Source of the DNA: Candidatus Methylomirabilota bacterium | GTDB taxonomy: Bacteria; Methylomirabilota; Methylomirabilia; Rokubacteriales; CSP1-6 | Assembly (NCBI GenBank): GCA_046726415.1 | Contig: JBKPAK010000024.1 | Coordinates: forward strand, 8,454 to 72,453 | Length of the DNA: 64,000 nucleotides | Reading direction: 5' to 3' | Part shown: positions 39,958-48,707 of the stretch, piece by piece | Position numbering within the stretch: position 1 is the first letter of the stretch | Layout of the letters: the number at the start of each line of letters is the position of its first letter | The notes under the pieces: model-generated | What the model was told of the DNA's origin: nothing | Database searches by the model: none | What the model saw: only the letters and a program-made list of their open reading frames with translations | Position numbers and translations under genes: made by a program

Positions 39958-40653
39958 TCAGCGGGCTCCGCGCTGCTGGATGGTCGTGAGGGCCCAGTTC
40001 ACGAGGTAGACGAGCACGAGCAGGAGGACGGCCAGCGCGATGGCCACGTCGAAGTTGCCCTTGCTCGTCTCGAGGACCATGGCGGTAGTGAGCGTCCGGG
40101 TGTGTCCCTTGATGTTGCCGCCGACCATCATCGAGGCGCCGATCTCGGAGATGATCCCGCCGAATCCGGCCATAACCGCGGCCAGCATCGGCAGGCGCGC
40201 TTCCCGCAGCACGACCCACACCACCTGCACGCGTGAGGCACCCAGCCCCAGGAGCTGGAGGCGAAAGGTCTCGGGGACGCTCTGGACTGCGGCCAGAGTA
40301 ATGCCTGTCACGATGGGACTGGCGATGATGGCCTGCGCGAGCACGATGGCCGCCGGGGTGTACAGGATCTCGAGCCCGCCCAGCGGGCCGCTGCGCCAGA
40401 GGAATAGGGTCACGAAGAGGCCGACCACGACGGGCGGGAGACCCATGCCGGTGTTCACCGCGGCGACCACCAACCGACGGCCGGGGAAGCGCAACAGGGC
40501 GAGCGCAGAGCCGGCAGGAACGCCCACGAGCAGCGAGACGATCGTGCCCAGGCTGGATACCTGAAGCGACAACCACAGGACCGACCAGATCTCCGGGTCG
40601 CCATCGACGAGCAGGCGCACCGCCTTCCGGAGACCCTCGAAAAGCAGGTCCAC
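39958..40653 (-). CDS. tupB: Tungstate ABC transporter permease
   Basis: NTGMGLPPVVVGL, RSGPLG, SEIGASMMVGGNI, TRTLTTA. Confidence 0.92.
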   Translation of the reverse strand: MDLLFEGLRKAVRLLVDGDPEIWSVLWLSLQVSSLGTIVSLLVGVPAGSALALLRFPGRRLVVAAVNTGMGLPPVVVGLFVTLFLWRSGPLGGLEILYTPAAIVLAQAIIASPIVTGITLAAVQSVPETFRLQLLGLGASRVQVVWVVLREARLPMLAAVMAGFGGIISEIGASMMVGGNIKGHTRTLTTAMVLETSKGNFDVAIALAVLLLVLVYLVNWALTTIQQRGAR

Positions 40654-40656
40654 CGC

Positions 40657-41532
40657 CTACAGCTCCTCCTCCTTCCTGCCGGCGATGGGAACGAAGAGCG
40701 GCTGGCCGTACTTGTCGACCCCGAAGGTCTTGATGAGCTGCTGGACCAAGGGCGAGACCATGAAGTCGGCGAAGGCCTTCCCGCCCATCGCGTTGACGCG
40801 CGGGCCGTTCGCCGGATTCACCTCCATGACGGAATAGACGTTCAGCAAGGACCGGTCGCCCTCGACCATGATCTTGAGGGCCACGCGCTTGCTGAAGGCC
40901 AGCAAGGTTCCGCGATCGGTGAGGGTGTAGGCCTTGCGGTCGTCGGCGAGACCGAGGGTGGCCCCCATGCCCTGCCCCGACTCGATGTACCACGGCGGCC
41001 CCGGCGCAATCTCCGCTTCCTTCCACAGCTTCAGCTCGAGGGTATGGGTGCCGGACTTGTCACCGCGGGAGACGAACCGGGAGCCGGCGGCAGCGATCCG
41101 CTTCAGCGCCTCCACGGCGCTATTGTCGCCGCGAATGCGCGCGGGATCGTCCTCGGGGCCGACCATGACGAAGTCGTTGTACATGACGAGCAGGCGGTTC
41201 TGCAGTTTGCCCTCCGCCACGTACTTCTTCTCGACGGCGGGGGCATGGGCCAAGGTCACGTCGCTCTCGCCCCGGGCCGCCAGGGCAAGGGCCTGGCCGG
41301 TGCCGACGGAGATGGTCTTGACCGTGTGGCCCGTCTGGCGCTCGAACATGGGCACGAGAACGTCGAGCAGACCCGAGTCCTGGGTGCTGGTGGTCGTCGA
41401 CAGGATGACCGTGCGGGAGGCCGGAGCCTGAGCGCGCGCACTGACCGCGCCCACAGGGGCCATGAGCAGGGCCACCCCGAGCGCCAGGCCGCCCCGTGAC
41501 CTGCGCCAGCCGACCGATCCACGCGTCATCAT
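40657..41532 (-). CDS. tupA: Tungstate ABC transporter substrate-binding protein
   Basis: TTTSTQDSGLL signature, GTGQAL, FVSRGDKSGTH, GQGMGATL. Confidence 0.94.
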   Translation of the reverse strand: MMTRGSVGWRRSRGGLALGVALLMAPVGAVSARAQAPASRTVILSTTTSTQDSGLLDVLVPMFERQTGHTVKTISVGTGQALALAARGESDVTLAHAPAVEKKYVAEGKLQNRLLVMYNDFVMVGPEDDPARIRGDNSAVEALKRIAAAGSRFVSRGDKSGTHTLELKLWKEAEIAPGPPWYIESGQGMGATLGLADDRKAYTLTDRGTLLAFSKRVALKIMVEGDRSLLNVYSVMEVNPANGPRVNAMGGKAFADFMVSPLVQQLIKTFGVDKYGQPLFVPIAGRKEEEL

Positions 41533-41552
41533 CGCCTCCTGGGATGGGTGTT

Positions 41553-41572
41553 ATATGCTGCCGCCAGCATAT
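41553..41572. promoter_or_regulatory. Palindromic operator candidate upstream of tupA
   Basis: ATATGCTG-CCGC-CAGCATAT in an AT-rich patch. Confidence 0.6.
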
Positions 41573-41695
41573 TAAGCAAGCGGTCGGCGGAGGTCCAGAC
41601 GGAAACCTGAGGGCGGTGTTTTCGCGCGGCTCGGAGTTGTGCGGACGTGATCCGGGAGCGGCCAGGCGGCCGCCCCGTCCGGCACGGCACCTAAT

Positions 41696-42154
41696 TCATC
41701 GTTCGGGCTTCACCTTCTCGAACAGCGGCGCGTATGTCCCGTAGCCGGCCTCCTGCAGCTTCGCGGCCGGAATGAACCGGAGCGCTGCCGAGTTGATGCA
41801 GTAGCGGAGACCGGTGGTGCCGGGGCCGTCGGGAAACACGTGGCCAAGATGGGTGTCGCCTTGCGCGGAACGCACCTCGATGCGGAGCATCCCGTGGGAA
41901 GTGTCGGTGTGCTGTGTCACATTCTCGGCCTCGAGCGGCCGAGTGAAGCTCGGCCAGCCCGTGCCGGAATCGAACTTGTCGAGGGACGAAAACAAGGGCT
42001 CACCGGACACGATGTCGACATAGATGCCCGGCTCGTGATGGTTCCAGAACTCGTTTCGGAAGGGCGGTTCGGTGGCGCTGCACTGGGTGACGTCGTACTG
42101 GATGGGGTTGAGCTTCGCCTTCATCTCCGCGTCGGTCGGTCTCTTGTCGGTCAC
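41696..42154 (-). CDS. msrB: Peptide-methionine (R)-S-oxide reductase
   Basis: [30 protein letters not shown]. Confidence 0.96.
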   Translation of the reverse strand: MTDKRPTDAEMKAKLNPIQYDVTQCSATEPPFRNEFWNHHEPGIYVDIVSGEPLFSSLDKFDSGTGWPSFTRPLEAENVTQHTDTSHGMLRIEVRSAQGDTHLGHVFPDGPGTTGLRYCINSAALRFIPAAKLQEAGYGTYAPLFEKVKPER

Positions 42155-42259
42155 GATCCCGTTCTCCCATGGCGTCGGTGGAAGACCTTCTCCGTGGCGA
42201 TAGGCAGAGTATACGTGCCGCCGCGCGGTTCGAGCGTACTCCGGCCACGCGGCGGGCCC

Positions 42260-42715
42260 TCACTCGCCCCCCGGCCTGCGCGATCGATCTCCACGCCCAC
42301 GCGGTCCACTCGCCCCTTGCGGCGTCGTGCCTCTGGACTGCGGTCCCGACTCGGTGACCTGGCGCCCACGGGCCTTGGGCGGATCCCCTTCGAACGCGCG
42401 GGCGAACCGACGCTCAGCCATCGCCTCCAGGCTGCGCTGGAACTTCCAGTAGCCGGCGAGAAAGGCCTTCCCGCGGGGAGTCAGGCGCATGCCGCTCCGC
42501 GGATGACCTGACGGCGCACGCTCCAGGAATCTGAAGCCCGCGGCCCTTTCGAGCTCTTGCAGGTAGCCCCAGGCATTCCGGTACGACATGTCGAGCTCGG
42601 CGGCGGCTTGGCGGAGCGATCCCCGCTCATCGATGAGTTCGAGGAGCCGGGCCCGTCCATCGCCGAACTTGAGGTCCCTCCCGAACATCACCCAGACCCT
42701 GAGCTTGGGCCTCAT
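42260..42715 (-). CDS. ModE N-terminal-type winged-helix regulator (no TOBE domains)
   Basis: FGDGRARLLELIDERGSLRQAAAELDMSYRNAWGYL. Confidence 0.88.
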   Translation of the reverse strand: MRPKLRVWVMFGRDLKFGDGRARLLELIDERGSLRQAAAELDMSYRNAWGYLQELERAAGFRFLERAPSGHPRSGMRLTPRGKAFLAGYWKFQRSLEAMAERRFARAFEGDPPKARGRQVTESGPQSRGTTPQGASGPRGRGDRSRRPGGE

Positions 42716-42804
42716 GAGAGGAAAATCTACTACGAAGCGTCAGGCGAGGCGCCACCGCCTAGTCACCGACACGGCACGTGGTAACGTCCGTCGGCGGAGC
42801 ACGG

Positions 42805-43014
42805 CTACTCCTTGGCCACCATCACGTCGGAGGCCTTGATGACGGCCCACGCCGCATCGCCAACCGTCAACCGGAGGTCGTCCACCGCCTCGTTTGTGAT
42901 GGAGGCGACCACGGCGAGGCCATGGCCGAGATCGATTCTGACATGGGCCGTGGTCGCGCCTTTCCGCACCTCGACGATGCGGCCCTTGAGTTGATTGCGC
43001 GCGCTGAGCTTCAT
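42805..43014 (-). CDS. mop: Molbindin / Mop (TOBE) protein
   Basis: MKLSARNQLKG, ASITNEAV, IKASDVMV; GAGGAGG RBS. Confidence 0.93.
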   Translation of the reverse strand: MKLSARNQLKGRIVEVRKGATTAHVRIDLGHGLAVVASITNEAVDDLRLTVGDAAWAVIKASDVMVAKE

Positions 43015-43029
43015 GGGACGTCCTCCTCG

Positions 43030-43372
43030 GTGCAGCTCCTCCAGGTGTCCGGACCAGCAATTGTCGCGGGTTCGCCGGTGCATGTGCACGTCGGCATCGT
43101 GCGGCGTGAAGATCCAGAAAGCACGCCTTGACGTGAGGGTCAGTCTCGATCGTCACGGCTCCGACGACGATGCGAGGGACGACGGGCACACCATCGACAA
43201 CCGAGACTTCGCCGGTCAGGCCTTCTCGCGGACCGACGGCGTAGAGGTGTGGGAGCGACCGCAGCTGGCCCAGCGCGATCCGCCCCTGGATGTCGCCGTG
43301 CAGCACGTCGCGCTGCGCTCCGACCCAGCGCACGAGGGCTCGCGAAGCCACGGAGGAGCGCCGCAGTCTCAC
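43030..43372 (-). pseudogene. Remnant resembling an acetolactate decarboxylase-like protein, middle deleted
   Basis: N-term LYAVGPREGLTGEVSVVDG...ACFL joined out of frame to IFTPHDADVHMH...SGHLEEL (HxH...GH metal motif). Confidence 0.6.
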
Positions 43373-44034
43373 ACTGCGCGAGCGCCCAGCCGCCCCGAGA
43401 GCACCAGCACTGCGCAGGAGAGCGCCGTGAGCACCACCACCAAGGTCAGCGCTTCTCCCGTCTCGCCGGTCTGCACGGCTGTGTAGATGGCAAGCGGCAC
43501 GGTAGCCGTCTTACCGGGGATGTTGCCGGCTAGCATGAGCGTCGCTCCGAACTCGCCGAGGGCGCGCGCGAAGGCCAGGACGAGCCCGGCCAGGATCCCG
43601 TTCCGGGCCAGCGGCAAGGTGACCCGCAGCGCCGTCCGCCACTCGGAGTATCCGAGGGTAAAGGCGGCCTTCTCGAGATCGGGATCGACGGATTCGATGG
43701 CCGCCCGCGCGGTGCGAACGAGGAGCGGGAAGGCCATCACCGTCGCGGCGATCACGGCGGCGTACCACGTGAAGGCCACGGTCCAGCCCGTCCACCCGTA
43801 GAGGGGTGCGCCGAGCCAGCCTCGCCTCCCCAGCACGACGATCAGATAGTAGCCGGTCACGGTGGGAGGCAGGACAAGCGGCAGGGTGACGACCACGTCG
43901 ACCACCGAGCGCCCCCAGAAGCGTCGTCTGGCCAGCAGGTACGCGAGCGGAATACCCAGCACGGCGTTCATCGCGGTCGCCAGCACCGCGACCTGCACCG
44001 AGAGGCGGACGGCGCTCAGTATCTCGGAGCTCAC
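43369..44034 (-). CDS. modB: Molybdate ABC transporter permease
   Basis: LPLVLPPTVTGYYL, FARALGEFGATLMLAGNIPGKT. Confidence 0.95.
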   Translation of the reverse strand: MSSEILSAVRLSVQVAVLATAMNAVLGIPLAYLLARRRFWGRSVVDVVVTLPLVLPPTVTGYYLIVVLGRRGWLGAPLYGWTGWTVAFTWYAAVIAATVMAFPLLVRTARAAIESVDPDLEKAAFTLGYSEWRTALRVTLPLARNGILAGLVLAFARALGEFGATLMLAGNIPGKTATVPLAIYTAVQTGETGEALTLVVVLTALSCAVLVLSGRLGARAV

Positions 44035-44807
44035 CGCGCTCCCGGCGGAGGCGGCTGGAACCCGAGCCGGGCAAGCACGGCCTGCCCCTCCCGGCCGGTG
44101 AGCAGGTCGATGAAGGCCTGGGCCAACGCCGATTGCTTCGAGGCGGCGATCACGGCGACCGGGTAGACGACGGGTCGGTACGTGTCCTCGGCGGGCCGAA
44201 AGGCTTCGACGACGTGGATGCGCCGCACCGCCGCGTCCGTCGTGTATACGAAGCCGGCCTCGACCTCGCCCCGCGCGACGTAGTCGAGGGCCTGGCGCAC
44301 GTTTTCGGCCAGGACGAGCTTCGGCTGCACGCGATCCCATAGCCCCAGCGCCTTCAGGCTCTCCTCGGAATACTGCCCGACCGGCACCGTTCTGGGGTTG
44401 CCGATGACGATCTTGCTGACCCGGCCCTCGAGCAGATCGCTCGGCTTGGCGATGTCGAGCTTTGAATCGGCGGGCTTGATCACCGTGAGCACGTTGCGCG
44501 CGAAGCTCCGCCGGCTCGCCGCGACGATGAGGTTCTTCTGCTGAAGCTCGTCCATCTGCCGCTGGGCCGCCGAGATAAACAGATCCACCGGCGCGCCGGC
44601 CTCGATCTGCTTCTGCAATTCACCCGAGGATCCGAAGTTGTAGCGCAGCACCACGCCCGGCCGGCGGGCCATGAACCCGCGGCCAAGTTCCTCCACCGCC
44701 TCCTTCATGCTGATGGCCACCGAGCACACCACGTCCTGCGCGTGCGCCGGGGCGCTGCTCAGCAGCACCGACAGAAGGGCGACCCCGAGGTGTCGCATGC
44801 GCCTCAT
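44031..44807 (-). CDS. modA: Molybdate ABC transporter substrate-binding protein
   Basis: NFGSSGELQKQIEAGAPVDLFISA, VPVGQY, NVRQAL, FVYTTDA. Confidence 0.94.
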   Translation of the reverse strand: MRRMRHLGVALLSVLLSSAPAHAQDVVCSVAISMKEAVEELGRGFMARRPGVVLRYNFGSSGELQKQIEAGAPVDLFISAAQRQMDELQQKNLIVAASRRSFARNVLTVIKPADSKLDIAKPSDLLEGRVSKIVIGNPRTVPVGQYSEESLKALGLWDRVQPKLVLAENVRQALDYVARGEVEAGFVYTTDAAVRRIHVVEAFRPAEDTYRPVVYPVAVIAASKQSALAQAFIDLLTGREGQAVLARLGFQPPPPGAR

Positions 44808-44895
44808 CTCAACCTCTCTTCGTCTGTGATAGGGTCAAAGCACCCTACGGTGTCGAGGGCGGAGGGCCGAGACCCATCCGCAGAAGGGAGCGGCC

Positions 44896-45378
44896 ATGCC
44901 TTCGAGGAAGGCGCCGGTAGCCGGGCTCGTCGAACTGAAGCCTACAAGCAACGCCACGGGGTATCAAAGTGTCCGGCGCAACATAATTGCCGCGCGCCTG
45001 CGGACCAAGACCTGGCTGGAGCTCGACGGCCAGTTCGTCATCGGTGACGGCGGCCTCAAGCTGTTGCTGGCGATCATCGAGCGCGGGTCCCTGCTCGCCG
45101 CCGCGCGCGACATCGGCTGGTCGTATCGACACGCGTGGGGTTATCTGCGGCAGGCGGAGGCGGTGCTCGGCGCGTCCCTGACCGTCTCCCGGCCGGGACG
45201 GGGACCGGCCCGCGGAACGCTGCTCACGGAGGCCGGCCGGCTGGTGCTCGAGAAGCTCCTGGCGATTCGCAACCGACTCGACGACGCGCTCGGCCCGACC
45301 GGGCCCACCTCGCATGAGGTCGCCGCAAAGGGCACGGCGACTCGCCCAACGAGAAACCCCAGACAAGGAGGCTTGTAA
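44896..45378 (+). CDS. Second ModE N-terminal-type regulator (true start probably downstream)
   Basis: IGDGGLKLLLAIIERGSLLAAARDIGWSYRHAWGYL; stop overlaps tpx ATG. Confidence 0.82.
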   Translation: MPSRKAPVAGLVELKPTSNATGYQSVRRNIIAARLRTKTWLELDGQFVIGDGGLKLLLAIIERGSLLAAARDIGWSYRHAWGYLRQAEAVLGASLTVSRPGRGPARGTLLTEAGRLVLEKLLAIRNRLDDALGPTGPTSHEVAAKGTATRPTRNPRQGGL

Positions 45379-45899
45379 TGGCCGATAGAACTGTGACCTT
45401 GCGCGGCAATCCCCTGAATCTCGGAGGCTCTGAGGTCAAGGCGGGGCAGCCGGCCCCCGACTTCACCGCCGTGGACAACAGCCTGCAGGCGGTCCGCCTC
45501 AGCGAGGCCAAGGGCAAGGTCGTCATCCTCAGCTCGGTACCGTCGCTCGACACGCCCGTGTGCGACACCGAGACGCGGAAGTTCAACCAGGAGGCGGCCG
45601 GCCTCGGCAGCGGGGTCGAGATCTGGACGATCAGCATGGATCTGCCCTTCGCCCAGAAGCGCTGGTGCGGGGCAGCGGGGGTCACCGCGGTGAAGACGCT
45701 CTCCGATTTTCGCGAGCGGGCGTTCGGCCAGAAGTACGGCGTGGCCATCACGAGCGGACCGCTGGCCGGCGTGAACGCGCGCGCGGTCTTCGTGGTGGGC
45801 AAGGACGGCACCCTCAAGCACGTGGAGTACGTGCCGGAGATCGCCAGCGAGCCGAACTACGCAGCGGCGCTTGGCGCAGCTCGCGCCGCCGCCGGTTAG
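45378..45899 (+). CDS. tpx: Thiol peroxidase (atypical 2-Cys peroxiredoxin)
   Basis: VPSLDTPVC, SMDLPFAQKRWCG, EPNY. Confidence 0.96.
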   Translation: MADRTVTLRGNPLNLGGSEVKAGQPAPDFTAVDNSLQAVRLSEAKGKVVILSSVPSLDTPVCDTETRKFNQEAAGLGSGVEIWTISMDLPFAQKRWCGAAGVTAVKTLSDFRERAFGQKYGVAITSGPLAGVNARAVFVVGKDGTLKHVEYVPEIASEPNYAAALGAARAAAG

Positions 45900-45902
45900 T
45901 GA

Positions 45903-45930
45903 AATGGGGGGCCCGAAAGGGCCCCCCATT
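45903..45930. terminator. GC hairpin between convergent genes; 5' arm of the REP-like family
   Basis: AATGGGGGGCCC-GAAA-GGGCCCCCCATT perfect stem. Confidence 0.7.
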
Positions 45931-45944
45931 GCCCCTACGCGCGC

Positions 45945-46448
45945 CTAACCCTTCCGAAGGATCGCCGCCGCCTGCGTGACGAGGCCAAGCATGGCCTCGG
46001 CTGCGGGGGCAGACGCCACGGGATTGTCAGCGAAGGTGGCGAAGCCGCAGTCCGGGGTGAGGAGCACTCGTTCCGCCCCGAAGACGTCGACCGCCCGCCG
46101 GGCGCGAGCGAGCACCTCAGCGGCGCTCTCCACCGGATCGCGTTTCTGATTGACCACCCCCACGCCGATGCGGAGGTGACTCGGCAGAGCTTTCAGCACG
46201 TCGATCTCGCCCGCGCGCGGGGTGGCGAGTTCGAGGAATAGCGTGCCGACCTCGATGTCGGCCAGCAGGCCGAGCAGAGGCCGATAGTCGCCGGCCAGCG
46301 CCACCGCTTCGTCGGGCGTCCAGTTTCCGCGGCACACGTGCAAGGCCATGTGCTGGCGAATCAGCAACAAGAGCCCGTTGCCGCAGTCGAGGTCGCCGCC
46401 GTCGAAGCCGGCGTCCGCCTCCAACCGGTGCGCGGGAACGGGATCCAT
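45945..46448 (-). pseudogene. Chimeric remnant: TusA-like N-terminus fused to C-terminal half of a cobalamin-independent methionine synthase-like protein
   Basis: FDGGDLDCGNGLLLLIRQH then ALHVCRGNW...LELATPRAG...LTPDCGFATF. Confidence 0.72.
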
Positions 46449-46458
46449 CAGGTCGCGA

Positions 46459-46821
46459 TCAGTAGCTGACGCACGGGCTTCCCTCGGAGAGAAACTCGAC
46501 CAGCTTCGCTCCGCCCACGACGGCCGCGGCCGCCACCAGGTTGTTCTCGTCGAGCTTCCGCTTCTTGAAGCACGGCGCGCAGACGTAGATGGTGCCGCCG
46601 CCCTTAGCGAAGTTGTCCATCAGCTCGCGCAGGGGAGCGAATCCCTCTTCGTGGATGGCATCGGCATAGCCCTTCTGGGACAGGCGCACGCCCTCGACGC
46701 TCAGGAAGACGAGCGTCTCCTTGCCCGAGCCGAGGGCGGCGTTGGCAACGACGAAGGCGACCGTGGACTTGTCCGGGTTGTCCTGAGCGTGAGTCAAACT
46801 GACGCAGAACCGATTGGCCAT
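46459..46821 (-). CDS. DsrE family protein
   Basis: DKSTVAFVVANAA, FLSVEGV, VCAPCF; AGGGAG RBS. Confidence 0.88.
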   Translation of the reverse strand: MANRFCVSLTHAQDNPDKSTVAFVVANAALGSGKETLVFLSVEGVRLSQKGYADAIHEEGFAPLRELMDNFAKGGGTIYVCAPCFKKRKLDENNLVAAAAVVGGAKLVEFLSEGSPCVSY

Positions 46822-46823
46822 GG

Positions 46824-47057
46824 CTAGCTCCCTTTCCTGATGTGGTAGACGGGAGGGGCCTCGCAAAGCAGCGTGTTGCCGGTCATCCGGCACCAGGCGG
46901 GGATGTCGGCCGGTGCGCCGCGATCGCGCGTGATCAGCTCCAGCACGGCGCCCGCCGGCATCGAGGCCAGCCGCATCCGCAGCTCCAGCACCAGCTCACC
47001 GCATCCCCGATCGCCGGCGTCCCACACTTCATGGGCGACGATGGTCATGGCCGCCAT
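46824..47057 (-). CDS. Sulfurtransferase TusA family protein
   Basis: WDAGDRGCGELV, DRGAPADIPAWCRMTGN. Confidence 0.85.
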   Translation of the reverse strand: MAAMTIVAHEVWDAGDRGCGELVLELRMRLASMPAGAVLELITRDRGAPADIPAWCRMTGNTLLCEAPPVYHIRKGS

Positions 47058-47338
47058 GGTGAGGACCCAGGCACGCCGACGACGAACACGGCGACGATCA
47101 ATCGGGCCTCCTCGCAGAACACATTGTATCGACAGCAGTTGAGCTTCGGCATTGATCTTTCCTATCGAGCAACCCTCATCCATAGGCCCGAAAGGGACCC
47201 CGGGGCGCCCAGCGGGACACGCGAATGCGCGACTCGATCCGTTGATTATGCCTTTGGGGTATCGTCCAGTCGGTCAACTGTCGTCTCCGGTCGGTGTATC
47301 ATTCGATTTTCATCACCAGCTCTTCGAGGAGAGTTCGC

Positions 47339-48202
47339 GTGCGACGATTCGAGCTCGCCCTGCCGCGCAGCGTCGCCGACTGCCTGAAGGTCCTCGCCCA
47401 GCGCGGGCCCGAGACAAAGGTGGTAGCGGGAGGGACCGATCTCCTGCCCCAGCTCAAGAACGGGCTGCTCAAACCTCCGTGGGTGGTCGACCTGTCCGGA
47501 GTTGCTGCGCTACGCATCCTCAAGCGCGACAAGCGCGGCCTTCGCGTCGGCGCCATGGTGACCGCGAGAGAACTCGAACTCGACCCCCAGGTCCGGGCCA
47601 GCTATCTGGCGGTGGCCGAAAGCGGAGCCGTGGTGGGCTCCGTCCAGGTGCGCCACCTCGCCACCGTGGGCGGCAACCTCTGCAATGCGGCGCCGTCCGC
47701 CGACATGGTGCCCCCCTTCCTGGCCCTGGACGCCGAGGCGGTCATCGCCGGACCGGAGGGAAGGCGCCGCGTTCCGCTGGCGTCCTTCTTCCTCGGCGTC
47801 CGACGCACCGTGCTGGCGCCGGGTGAGCTGCTCCTCGAGCTTGTCGTCCCCGCACCGGGCCCTCGGAGCGGGGGGAACTATCTGCGTCACACCCCGCGCC
47901 GCGAGCTGGATATCGCGGTGGTCGGCGTGGCGTCCCAGGTCACCTTGTCGAATGGCACGTGTGCGAAGGCTCGCATCGCCCTGGCCGCGGTGGCGCCGAC
48001 CCCCATCCGGGCGACTGCCGCCGAGCAAGCCCTGGAGGGACAGCCAATCACCCCGGAGGGGATCGACCGCGCGGCAGAGCTGGCCGTCGCGGCGGCCCGG
48101 CCCATCAGCGACCAGCGCGGTTCGGCCGAGTTCCGGAGCCACCTGGTCCGCGTCTTGACCCGCCGCACGCTCATGACCGCGCTCGAGCGCGCGCGATCTT
48201 GA
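47339..48202 (+). CDS. Xanthine dehydrogenase family FAD-binding (medium) subunit
   Basis: AGGTDL, ATVGGNLCNAAPSAD, PISDQRGSAEFR; GTG start after GAGGAG. Confidence 0.93.
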   Translation: MRRFELALPRSVADCLKVLAQRGPETKVVAGGTDLLPQLKNGLLKPPWVVDLSGVAALRILKRDKRGLRVGAMVTARELELDPQVRASYLAVAESGAVVGSVQVRHLATVGGNLCNAAPSADMVPPFLALDAEAVIAGPEGRRRVPLASFFLGVRRTVLAPGELLLELVVPAPGPRSGGNYLRHTPRRELDIAVVGVASQVTLSNGTCAKARIALAAVAPTPIRATAAEQALEGQPITPEGIDRAAELAVAAARPISDQRGSAEFRSHLVRVLTRRTLMTALERARS

Positions 48203-48222
48203 GCCCGAGGAGGAATCGGCAC

Positions 48223-48705
48223 GTGGCAAGACTGGTTCTGAGCTGCACGGTGAACGACGAGCCGGTCGAGGTGCTCGTCCAGCCCTACGAAACCCTGCTC
48301 GACGCGCTCCGGGAGGACCTTGGCCTGACCGGCCCGAAGGAAGGATGCGGCACCGGCGACTGCGGCGCCTGTACCGTCCACGTCGACGGCAAACCGATCG
48401 CCAGCTGTCTCGTGCTAGCCATGCAGGCGCGCGGTCGCTCGGTGCGGACGATCGAGGGCCTGGCGAAGGCCGACGCCTTGCACCCACTCCAGGAGGCGTT
48501 CGTCCGCCTCGGTGTGCCCCAGTGCGGGTTCTGCATTCCCGGCGTGCTCATGGCTGCCGCCGCCTTGCTCGAAGAGAACCCGCGTCCTACCGAATCTGAG
48601 ATCCGCTACGGCATCGCCGGAAACCTCTGCCGGTGCACCGGCTACACGAAAATGCTGACGGCCATTTCGGAAGCGGCCGCCGCCATGCCCGCTCGGGAGG
48701 ACTGA
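48223..48705 (+). CDS. Xanthine dehydrogenase family [2Fe-2S] (small) subunit
   Basis: KEGCGTGDCGACTV, QCGFCIPG, GNLCRCTGY. Confidence 0.95.
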   Translation: MARLVLSCTVNDEPVEVLVQPYETLLDALREDLGLTGPKEGCGTGDCGACTVHVDGKPIASCLVLAMQARGRSVRTIEGLAKADALHPLQEAFVRLGVPQCGFCIPGVLMAAAALLEENPRPTESEIRYGIAGNLCRCTGYTKMLTAISEAAAAMPARED

Positions 48706-48707
48706 CC

